The position numbers were made by a program, and so were the translations under genes. From Eimeria praecox (Eukaryota): 64,000 bases of DNA. Positions 12,285 to 23,000 of this stretch are shown piece after piece (position 1 is the stretch's first letter; the number at the start of each line of letters is the position of its first letter). Location: contig OY986947.1 in the NCBI GenBank assembly GCA_963920595.1, positions 6,386,001 through 6,450,000 of the forward strand. Direction: 5' to 3'. The notes below the pieces were generated by a model, which made no database searches, had not been told where the DNA came from, and was given only the letters and a program-made list of their open reading frames with translations.

Positions 12285-12650
12285 TAGCAAAGTTTGATGG
12301 AAGACGTCTCGGGTTGTCCAGCGCCTTGTCCAGCAAGCATGCGGACAATGTTTAAACCGAGGCTTGTGTTTCATGCACAGCAGCGTGTAACATCCACGGG
12401 ATGTAGCGCGTGCTTGATATACAACTATTAAAAGTGTCTTTGTGAGTGATAGCTTAGGACTGCGCCCCTTACGACGTGGAAAGCAGGAACCCGAAATGAG
12501 ATGCTGAGCCAAAACGTGGGAGTTTCGCCAGCGCATTTGGCCGTCACGCGCTTGCACCTTCTCCTCAACCTCCTCAACAAATTCAGCATCAATGGTTTGT
12601 TCTCTTCCGCAGTTTGTGCGTCTGCTTCGCCGCATGGCGGAGTGTTATTA
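12285..12650 (-). mobile_element. Unique integrase C-terminal remnant, contiguous with the first satellite copy
   Basis: Minus-strand ORF 12093-12635 contains VEEVEEKV (cf. VEYxVGDKV), FPRRKG (cf. FEPRYRG), IVVYQ (cf. TVAYR) and DVFHQTLL at 12285-12308 (cf. gypsy HxVFHVSxL). Confidence 0.55.
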
Positions 12651-14766
12651 CGTGCAACTGAAGTGGGTTGTGGCGTCACCCTAAGGCTCTCCGCTTCGCT
12701 TGATGAGACTCCATTGTGTTGGGGCTTGGTTGGTGGGTAGTGTTTGTTATGGCTTGTGGCGGACAAGCGTGCAGTTGGAGTGCGGTGAAGGCTGCAGTGT
12801 TGAATCCCGAGGGGGAGGCGTGAGATGCAATTGAACAGGCTTGTGTGCATCAGAAAGTGCGTTTTCTCCTTATATTGGTGAGGATGCGTGGTGTTCTTAT
12901 CGGCATTTGGGATGTTGGGCGTTTCGCAGGGATTAGTGTGTCAGGGACTGTGTTGAGGTTCAGCGCTGTGAACAAGTTAAGCGACGGCGAGGGCTTGGTT
13001 GCTGGTTAGCTTCGTTTGAGCGATTGGATTGGGGTGGTTTGCGGCCTATGGACCTGTTTCAGAAAGTAAGGATTCTTGGGTGGGTGAAGTGTGGCAGGTG
13101 GACGAGAATGTTCCTTGCGTTGCTTGCAAGGCGGGTCTGGATCTATGGTAGGGTAAGCATGGCCTGTTGAGGATGTTGACGGACGGCGTCTAGGAGGTGT
13201 AGGGCGCATGCGTTTCTATACAGCTGGCATGCAGCACACTTTTGGCTGGTTCCGGATGTAATGTTATGCATTAGGGGAGGGATGGGGAGCACTCGAGAAG
13301 CAGTGTTCGTTTGTTCACTCTAGCTCGTGTTGAATCATGATGGGCACGCAGGGTAGCTCGCCACCATGTCAATGCGTCAGAAAGTAGGCGTCGTGGCCAG
13401 CTTGCGCCCATATGCACTGCTGTATAAGTCAGCAGATATGGTCGAAACTTGTTTGGTGTTTTCGGGAATGAGTATGAATGCGTTATAAGGTGTAAAAGGA
13501 GGTGAAGCGTCAGGAGCAAGATATAGATACCGTAGGGCCCGAGTGCTAGTTTCATTGTTGAGGGTTCCGGTTTGCACCTGTGTGGGTTTTGTGGCAGGTG
13601 GATTGTGTGGAGGGGTAGCTGCTAAAGAGGGCATATATGGATGTACCATGCCGCCGCGGAACAGAAAGTATGCAGAGGGTTGTGGGCATGCGATGGAACG
13701 GAGCGGTGTGTGTGACTGGGTGGCAAGAATCAGTATTTTGTTTAGGCAGGGGGTGGTCAAATGAAGTGACTTAATTGTGGATGAGAGGGCGGGGGGGGGG
13801 TGGGGGGGAGAATTGGGACGTTGGTGGTGCATTTGGCAGCATTGGTTTGTTTCTTTAGTGTGGGGTATGGAGGTGTGAGCAAGGCGTGGGAGAAGGGGAG
13901 CATGGTGGTTCAATGCACCAGGAAGTATGTTTGGTTTTTCGTCTGCGTGGTTATTGGTAGGTGGGGTGGTCAGGTATTTGAGTAGCGGGGCTTGAAGGAG
14001 GCGTGCTGTGGAGCACAATGTGTGTGTCTAATCAAGGGCTGCACCTGGTACCACCGAAAAAATGTTAGCTGGTGTTCTGTCGCTGAATTGTGATATATGA
14101 TAGAGTCCCAGGAGAGGGTTTATTTGTGTGGCTTATGGAGGGGAGAGCTCGTACACTGTAGTCGTGAATGCGTTTAACATACCAGGAGGTACGGCCGACT
14201 TGCATTTGGCAAAAGAAGGAGTCGGGCGTTGACGCGGTGTAGACATTAGTGCATTTTACAGTTGGTTTGCAGGATTGCTGAAGTGTGGTTTGTATGTGAG
14301 TGCAGTGAGCGTCAGGGATGATGCGTGTGAGATGGAGGGTACATGTCGTGCAAGGTAGTCGTGAATGGGCTTCACTTATCAGGAAGTGCGTAGGAGGTGG
14401 CGTGGCGAATGGTTGGAGGGCCTTGGTGGGCGTTATAGGGTAGTGGTGTTTCCAGTTAGGTTGCAAGGGCGGTGAAGGGTGGTTTGAATGGCAAAGGCGC
14501 CAGAGTGGCAATATTTTGAGGATGGGTTTTGGGGTGGGATCTGCATAGCGTCGGGAGTGGATTCCAGGACATTTGATGAGTGCTTGTGCTGCATGGGGTA
14601 GCGTTGGTGGGTCTGCGGCGGTGCTTTAGCGTAGGTGACCTGAGTAGGAAGCGCCTGACAGTAGCCTCCAGCGTGTTTGCGTGTGTGTGTGTGGAGTATT
14701 CACTATTCACCAGGAGGTACGGCTTATACTGGGGTATAGCCCAAGCACGTGTTTATAAGGGATAGT

Positions 14767-15275
14767 GGGCAGTTTGGGTTTTTGGGTGCGCATGGAGTGG
14801 GTTGTGGCGTCACCCTAGGGCTCTCCGTTTCCCATGATGAGATTCCATTGTGTTGGGGATAAGCGTGCAGTTAGAGTGCGATGCAGGTTGCATTGTTGCA
14901 GCCCGAGAGGGAGGCATGGTTTGCAATTGAACAGGCTTGTGTGCATCAGAAAGTGCGTTTGTCCCTTAGATTGGGGAGGATGCGTGGTGTGCTTATCGGC
15001 ACTTGGGATGTTGGGCGTTTCGCAGGGATTAGTTTGTTAGGGACTGTGTTGGGGTTGAGCGCTGTGAACAAGTTAAGCGACGGCGAGGGCTTGGCTGCTG
15101 GTTAGCTTCGTGGGCATTGTTTGAGCCATTGGATTGGGGTGGTTTGTGGCCTATGGACCTGTTTCAGAAAGTAAGGATTCTTGGGTGGGTGGAATGTGGC
15201 AGGTGGACGAGAATGTTCCTTGCGTTGTGTGCAAGGCGGGTCTGGATCTATGGTAGGGTAAGCATGGCCTGTTGA
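14767..15275 (-). pseudogene. Decayed gypsy integrase core inside the satellite unit (example: second copy; present in every copy)
   Basis: Minus strand, in order: STGHAYPTID 15275-15246 (cf. TTGHDSILVMVD), MAQTMPTK 15129-15106 (MAH.. in later copies; cf. MAHFVPAK), ctcgccgtcgcttaacttgttcacagc 15087-15061 (cf. LADRLIRYHG), PQSKGQT 14976-14956 (cf. HPQSDGQT), SHS..L.P ~14880-14855 (cf. SHSSTELSP), frameshifted PKT-KL 14786-14767 (cf. PMTKL). LA-to-PQS spacing is ~110 nt against ~135 nt expected. Confidence 0.7.
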
Positions 15276-16133
15276 GGATGTTGACGGACGGCGTCTAGGA
15301 GGTGTAGGGCGCATGCGTTTCTATACAGCTGGCATGCAGCACACTTTTGGCTGGTTCCGGATGTAATGTTATGCATTAGGGGAGGGATGGGGAGCACTCG
15401 AGAAGCAGTGTTCGTTTGTTCACTCTAGCTCGTGTTGAGTCATGATGGGCATGCAGGGTAGCTCGCCACCATGTCAATGCGTCAGAAAGTAGGCGTCGTG
15501 GCCAGCTTGCGCCCACATGCACTGCTGTATAAGTCAGCAGACATGGTCGAAACTTGTTTGGTGTTTTCGGGAATGAGTATGAATGCGTTATAAGGTGGAA
15601 AAGGAGGTGAAGCGTCAGGAGCAAGATATAGATACCGTAGGGCCCGAGTGCTAGTTTCATTGTTGAGGGTTCCGGTTTGCACCTGTGTGGGTTTTGTGGC
15701 AGGTGGATTGTGTGGAGGGGTAGCTGCTGCAAAGAGCATATATGGATGTTCCATGCCGCCGCGGAACAGAAAGTATGCAGAGGGTCGTGGGCATGCGATG
15801 GAACGGAGCAGTGTCTGTGACTGGGTGGCAAGAATCAGTATTTTCTTTATGCAGGGGGTGGTCAAATGAAGTGACTTAATTGTGGATGAGAGGGCGGGGG
15901 TGGGTGGGGGGGAGGATTGGGACGTTGGTGGTGCATTTGGCAGCATTGGTTTGTTTCTTTAGTGTGGGGTATGGAGGTGTGAGCAAGGCGTGGGAGAAGG
16001 GGAGCATGGTGGTTCAATGCACCAGGAAGTATGTTTGGTTTTTCGTCTGCGTGGTTATTGGTAGGTGGGGTGGTCAGGTATTTGAGTAGCGGGGCTTGAA
16101 GGAGGCGTGTTGTGGAGCACAATGTGTGTGTCT

Positions 16134-16290
16134 AATCAAGGGCTGCACCTGGTACCACCGAAAAAATGTTAGCTGGTGTTCTGTCGCTGAATTGTGATAT
16201 ATGATAGAGTCCCAGGAGAGGGTTTATTTGTGTGGCTTATGGAGGGGAGAGCTCGTACACTGTAGTCGTGAATGCGTTTAACATACCAGG
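16134..16290 (-). pseudogene. Decayed integrase zinc-finger/core junction inside the satellite unit (example copy)
   Basis: PGMLNAFTT 16290-16263 (cf. WPGMRAYTT), NKPSPG (cf. NQKPAG), and cggtggtaccaggtgcagcccttgatt 16160-16134, a frameshifted RWYQVSLD (cf. RWSHVSLD). Confidence 0.55.
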
Positions 16291-17009
16291 AGGTACGGCC
16301 GACTTGCACTTGGCAAAAGAAGGAGTCGGGCGTTGACGCGATGTAGGCATTAGTGCATTTTACAGTTGGTCTGCAGGATTGCTGAAGAGTGGTTTGTGCG
16401 TGAGTGCAGTGAGCGTCAGGGATGGCGCGTGTGAGATGGAGGGTACATGTCGTGCAATGTAGTCGTGAATGGGCTTCACTTATCAGGAAGTGCGTAGGAG
16501 GTGGCGCGGCGAATGGTTGGAGGGCCTTGGTGGGCGTTATAGCGTAGTGGTGTTTCCAGTTAGGTTGCAAGGGCGGTGAAGGGTGGTTTGAATGGCAAAG
16601 GCGCCAGAGTGGCAATATTTTGAGGATGGGTTTTGGGGTGGGATCTGCATAGCGTCGGGAGTGGATACCAGGACATTTGATGAGTGCTTGTGCTGCATGG
16701 GGTAGCGTTGGTGGGTCTGCGGCGGCGCTTTAGCGTAGGTGACCTGAGTAAGAAGCGCCTGAGAGTAACCTCCAGCGTGTTTGCGTGTGTGTGTGTGGAG
16801 TATTCACTATTCACCAGGAGGTACGGTTTATATTGGGGTATAGCCCAAGCACGTGTTTATAAGGGATAGTGGGCAGTTTGGGTTTTTGGGTGCGCATGGA
16901 GTGGGCTGTGGCGCCACCCTAGGGCTGTCCGCTTCGCAAGATGAGATTCCATTGTGTTGGGGATAAGCGTGCAGTTGGAGTGCGATGCAGGTTGCATTGT
17001 TGCAGCCCG

Positions 17010-20000
17010 AGAGGGAGGCATAGAGGGAGGCATGGTTTGCAATTGAACAGGCTTGTGTGCATCAGAAAGTGCGTTTGTCCCTTAGATTGGGGAGGATGCG
17101 TGGTGTGCTTATCGGCACTTGGGATGTTGGGCGTTTCGCAGGGATTAGTTTGTTAGGGACTGTGTTGGGGTTGAGCGCTGTGAACAAGTTAAGCGACGGC
17201 GAGGGCTTGGCTGCTGGTTAGCTTCGTGGGCATTGTTTGAGCCATTGGATTGGGGTGGTTTGTGGCCTATGGACCTGTTTCAGAAAGTAAGGATTCTTGG
17301 GTGGGTGGAATGTGGCAGGTGGACGAGAATGTTCCTTTCGTTGTGTGCAAGGCGGGTCTGGATCTATGGTAGGGTAAGCATGGCCTGTTGAGGATGTTGA
17401 CGGACGGCGTCTAGGAGGTGTAGGGCGCATGCGTTTCTATACAGCTGGCATGCAGCACACTTTTGGCTGGTTCCGGATGTAATGTTATGCATTAGGGGAG
17501 GGATGGGGAGCACTCGAGAAGCAGTGTTCGTTTGTTCACTCTAGCTCGTGTTGAGTCATGATGGGCATGCAGGGTAGCTCGCCACCATGTCAATGCGTCA
17601 GAAAGTAGGCGTCGTGGCCAGCTTGCGCCCACATGCACTGCTGTATAAGTCAGCAGACATGGTCGAAACTTGTTTGGTGTTTTCGGGAATGAGTATGAAT
17701 GCGTTATAAGGTGGAAAAGGAGGTGAAGCGTCAGGAGCAAGATATAGATACCGTAGGGCCCGAGTGCTAGTTTCATTGTTGAGGGTTCCGGTTTGCACCT
17801 GTGTGGGTTTTGTGGCAGGTGGATTGTGTGGAGGGGTAGCTGCTGCAAGGAGCATATATGGATGTTCCATGCCGCCGCGGAACAGAAAGTATGCAGAGGG
17901 TCGTGGGCATGCGATGGAACGGAGCAGTGTCTGTGACTGGGTGGCAAGAATCAGTATTTTGTTTAGGCAGGGGGTGGTCAAATGAAGTGACTTAATTGTG
18001 GAAGACGGGGCGGGGTGGGTGGGGGGGAGGATTGGGACGTTGGTGGTGCATTTGGCAGCATTGGTTTGTTTCTTTAGTGTGGGGTATGGAGGTGTGAGCA
18101 AGGCGTGGGAGAAGGGGAGCATGGTGGTTCAATGCACCAGGAAGTATGTTTGGTTTTTCGTCTGCGTGGTTATTGGTAGGTGGGGTGGTCAGGTATTTGA
18201 GTAGCGGGGCTTGAAGGAGGCGTGTTGTGGAGCACAATGTGTGTGTCTAATCAAGGGCTGCACCTGGTACCACCGAAAAAATGTTAGCTGGTGTTCTGTC
18301 GCTGAATTGTGATATATGATAGAGTCCCAGGAGAGGGTTTATTTGTGTGGCTTATGGAGGGGAGAGCTCGTACACTGTAGTCGTGAATGCGTTTAACATA
18401 CCAGGAGGTACGGCCGACTTGCACTTGGCAAAAGAAGGAGTCGGGCGTTGACGCGATGTAGGCATTAGTGCATTTTACAGTTGGTTTGCAGGATTGCTGA
18501 AGAGTGGTTTGTGCGTGAGTGCAGTGAGCGTCAGGGATGGCGCGTGTGAGATGGAGGGTACATGTCGTGAAATGTAGTCGTGAATGGGCTTCACTTATCA
18601 GGAAGTGCGTAGGAGGTGGCGCGGCGAATGGTTGGAGGGCCTTGGTGGGCGTTATAGCGTAGTGGTGTTTCCAGTTAGGTTGCAAGGGCGGTGAAGGGTG
18701 GTTTGAATGGCAAAGGCGCCAGAGTGGCAATATTTTGAGGATGGGTTTTGGGGTGGGATCTGCATAGCGTCGGGAGTGGATACCAGGACATTTGATGAGT
18801 GCTTGTGCTGCATGGGGTAGCGTTGGTGGGTCTGCGGCGGCGCTTTAGCGTAGGTGACCTGAGTAAGAAGCGCCTGAGAGTAACCTCCAGCGTGTTTGCG
18901 TGTGTGTGTGTGGAGTATTCACTATTCACCAGGAGGTACGGTTTATATTGGGGTATAGCCCAAGCACGTGTTTATAAGGGATAGTGGGCAGTTTGGGTTT
19001 TTGGGTGCGCATGGAGTGGGCTGTGGCGCCACCCTAGGGCTGTCCGCTTCGCAAGATGAGATTCCATTGTGTTGGGGATAAGCGTGCAGTTGGAGTGCGA
19101 TGCAGGTTGCATTGTTGCAGCCCGAGAGGGAGGCATAGAGGGAGGCATGGTTTGCAATTGAACAGGCTTGTGTGCATCAGAAAGTGCGTTTGTCCCTTAG
19201 ATTGGGGAGGATGCGTGGTGTGCGTATCGGCATTTGGGATGTTGGGCGTTTCGCAGGGATGAGTTTGTCAGGGACTGTGTTGGGGTTGAGCGCTGTGAAC
19301 AAGTTAAGCGATGGCGAGGGCTTGGCTGCTGGTTAGCTTCGTGGGCATTGTTTGAGCCATTGGATTGGGGTGGTTTGTGGCCTATGGACCTGTTTCAGAA
19401 AGTAAGGATTCTTGGGTGGGTGGAATGTGGCAGGTGGACGAGAATGTTCCTTGCGTTGTGTGCAAGGCGGGTCTGGATCTATGGTAGGGTAAGCATGGCC
19501 TGTTGAGGATGTTGACGGACGGCGTCTAGGAGGTGTAGGGCGCATGCGTTTCTATACAGCTGGCATGCAGCACACTTTTGGCTGGTTCCGGATGTAATGT
19601 TATGCATTAGGGGAGGGATGGGGAGCACTCGAGAAGCAGTGTTCGTTTGTTCACTCTAGCTCGTGTTGAATCATGATGGGCACGCAGGGTAGCTCGCCAC
19701 CATGTCAATGCGTCAGAAAGTAGGCGTCGTGGCCAGCTTGCGCCCATATGCACTGCTGTATAAGTCAGCAGATATGGTCGAAACTTGTTTGGTGTTTTCG
19801 GGAATGAGTATGAATGCGTTATAAGGTGTAAAAGGAGGTGAAGCGTCAGGAGCAAGATATAGATACCGTAGGGCCCGAAAGCTAGTTTCATTGTTGAGGG
19901 TTCCGGTTTGCACCTGTGTGGGTTTTGTGGCAGGTGGATTGTGTGGAGGGGTAGCTGCTGCAAAGAGCATATATGGATGTTCCATGCCGCCGCGGAACAG

Positions 20001-23000
20001 AAAGTATGCAGAGGGTTGTGGGCTTGCGATGGAACGGAGCAGTGTCTGTGACTGGGTGGCAAGAATCAGTATTTTCTTTATGCAGGGGGTGGTCAAATGA
20101 AGTGACTTAATTGTGGATGAGAGGGCGGGAGGGGGTGGGGGGAAGCATTGGGACGTTGGTGGTGCATTTGGCAGCATTGGTTTGTTTCTTTAGTGTGGGG
20201 TATGGAGGTGTGAGCAAGGCGTGGGAGAAGGGGAGCATGGTGGTTCAATGCACCAGGAAGTATGTTTGGTTTTTCGTCTGCGTGGTTATTGGTAGGTGGG
20301 GTGGTCAGGTATTTGAGTAACGGGGCTTGAAGGAGGCGTGTTGTGGAGCACAATGTGTGTGTCTAATCAAGGGCTGCACCTGGTACCACCGAAAAAATGT
20401 TAGCTGGTGTTTTGTCGCTGAATTGTGTTATATGATTGAGGCCCAGGAGAGGGTTTATTTGTGTGGCTTATGGAGGGGAGAGCTCGTACACTGTAGTCGT
20501 GAATGCGTTTAACATACCAGGAGGTACGGCCGACTTGCATTTGGCAAAAGAAGGAGTCGGGCGTTGACGCGGTGTAGGCATTAGTGCATTTTACAGTTGG
20601 TCTGCAGGATTGCTGAAGAGTGGTTTGTGCGTGAGTGCAGTGAGCGTCAGGGATGGTGCGTGTGAGATGGAGGGTACATGTCGTGCAATGTAGTCGTGAA
20701 TGGGCTTCACTTATCAGGAAGTGCGTAGGAGGTGGCGCGGCGAATGGTTGGAGGGCCTTGGTGGGCGTTATAGGGTAGTGGTGTTTCCAGTTAGGTTGCA
20801 AGGGCGGTGAAGGGTGGTTTGAATGGCAAAGGCGCCAGAGTGGCAATATTTTGAGGATGGGTTTTGGGGTGGGATCTGCATAGCGTCGGGAGTGGATACC
20901 AGGACATTTGATGAGTGCTTGTGCTGCATGGGGTAGCGTTGGTGGGTCTGCGGCGGCGCTTTAGCGTAGGTGACCTGAGTAAGAAGCGCCTGAGAGTAAC
21001 CTCCAGCGTGTCTGCGTGTGTGTGTGTGGAGTATTCACTATTCACCAGGAGGTACGGTTTATATTGGGGTATAGCCCAAGCACGTGTTTATAAGGGATAG
21101 TGGGCAGTTTGGGTTTTTGGGTGCGCATGGAGTGGGCTGTGGCGCCACCCTAGGGCTGTCCGCTTCGCAAGATGAGATTCCATTGTGTTGGGGATAAGCG
21201 TGCAGTTGGAGTGCGATGCAGGTTGCATTGTTGCAGCCCGAGAGGGAGGCATAGAGGGAGGCATGGTTTGCAATTGAACAGGCTTGTGTGCATCAGAAAG
21301 TGCGTTTGTCCCTTAGATTGGGGAGGATGCGTGGTGTGCGTATCGGCATTTGGGATGTTGGGCGTTTCGCAGGGATTAGTTTGTCAGGGACTGTGTTGGG
21401 GTTGACCGCTGTGAACAAGTTAAGCGACGGCGAGGGCTTGGCTGCTGGTTAGCTTCGTGGGCATTGTTTGAGCCATTGGATTGGGGTGGTTTGTGGCCTA
21501 TCGACCTGTTTCAGAAAGTAAGGATTCTTGGGTGGGTGGAATGTGGCAGGTGGACGAGAATGTTCCTTGCGTTGTGTGCAAGGCGGGTCTGGATCTATGG
21601 TAGGGTAAGCATGGCCTGTTGAGGATGTTGACGGACGGCGTCTAGGAGGTGTAGGGCGCATGCGTTTCTATACAGCTGGCATGCAGCACACTTTTGGCTG
21701 GTTCCGGATGTAATGTTATGCATTAGGGGAGGGATGGGGAGCACTCGAGAAGCAGTGTTCGTTTGTTCACTCTAGCTCGTGTTGAATCATGATGGGCATG
21801 CAGGGTAGCTCGCCACCATGTCAATGCGTCAGAAAGTAGGCGTCGTGGCCAGCTTGCGCCCATATGCACTGCTGTATAAGTCAGCAGATATGGTCGAAAC
21901 TTGTTTGGTGTTTTCGGGAATGAGTATGAATGCGTTATAAGGTGTAAAAGGAGGTGAAGCGTCAGGAGCAAGATATCGATACCGTAGGGCCCGAGTGCTA
22001 GTTTCATTGTTGAGGGTTCCGGTTTGCACCTGTGTGGGTTTTGTGGCAGGCGGATTGTGTGGAGGGGTAGCTGCTGCAAAGAGCATATATGGATGTTCCA
22101 TGCCGCCGCGGAACAGAAAGTATGCAGAGGGTCGTGGGCATGCGATGGAACGGAGCAGTGTCTGTGACTGGGTGGCAAGAATCAGTATTTTGTTTATGCA
22201 GGGGGTGGTCAAATGAAGTGACTTAATTGTGGATGAGAGGGCGGGGGGGGTGGGGGGGAGAATTGGGACGTTGGTGGTGCATTTGGCAGCATTGGTTTGT
22301 TTCTTTAGTGTGGGGTATGGAGGTGTGAGCAAGGCGTGGGAGAAGGGGAGCATGGTGGTTCAATGCACCAGGAAGTATGTTTGGTTTTTCGTCTGCGTGG
22401 TTATTGGTAGGTGGGGTGGTCAGGTATTTGAGTAACGGGGCTTGAAGGAGGCGTGCTGTGGAGCACAATGTGTGTGTCTAATCAAGGGCTGCACCTGGTA
22501 CCACCGAAAAAATGTTAGCTGGTGTTCTGTCGCTGAATTGTGATATATGATAGAGTCCCAGGAGAGGGTTTATTTGTGTGGCTTATGGAGGGGAGAGCTC
22601 GTACACTGTAGTCGTGAATGCATTTAACATACCAGGAGGTACGGCCGACTTGCACTTGGCAAAAGAAGGAGTCGGGCGTTGACGCGGTGTAGGCATTAGT
22701 GCATTTTACAGTTGGTTTGCAGGATTGCTGAAGAGTGGTTTGTGCGTGAGTGCAGTGAGCGTCAGGGATGGTGCGTGTGAGATGGAGGGTACATGTCGTG
22801 CAAGGTAGTCGTGAATGGGCTTCACTTATCAGGAAGTGCGTAGGAGGTGGCGTGGCGAATGGTTGGAGGGCCTTGGTGGGCGTTATAGCGTAGTGGTGTT
22901 TCCAGTTAGGTTGCAAGGGCGGTGAAGGGTGGTTTGAATGGCAAAGGCGCCAGAGTGGCAATATTTTGAGGATGGGTTTTGGGGTGGGATCTGCATAGCG

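Noticed and set aside
12128..12460. Patchy similarity of the flank to the unit (e.g. ggaggcctgttgtggag vs ggaggcgtgttgtggag) suggesting an ancient extra copy
   Set aside because: Short scattered matches that need large gaps and conflict with the integrase C-terminal reading of the same flank; not supportable without a scored alignment.
13358..13387. LLSDALTWWR as a gag motif
   Set aside because: A single short match lying between integrase relics, with no supporting gag context at the right spacing.
13917..13929. Minus-strand ATACTTCCTGG resembling the U1 snRNA 5' end
   Set aside because: It lacks a base of ATACTTACCTGG, has no downstream U1 stems or Sm site, and belongs to the internal sub-repeat family.
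14630..14642. cgtaggtgacctg resembling the 18S rRNA 3' end
   Set aside because: Only a ~13-nt gapped match with no flanking rRNA similarity; the array is not rDNA.
14574..14643. Box C (TGATGA) / box D (CTGA) pair suggesting a snoRNA per unit
   Set aside because: No convincing terminal stem, C'/D' boxes or recognisable rRNA guide; such short motifs are expected by chance.
14886..15265. Plus-strand mini-exons in the unit (ttgcag..gtgcgt; ..agg/gtaagc), i.e. a repeated-exon gene
   Set aside because: No consistent frame or synonymous bias across copies; the segment is better explained as antisense to integrase relics. RNA-seq would settle it.
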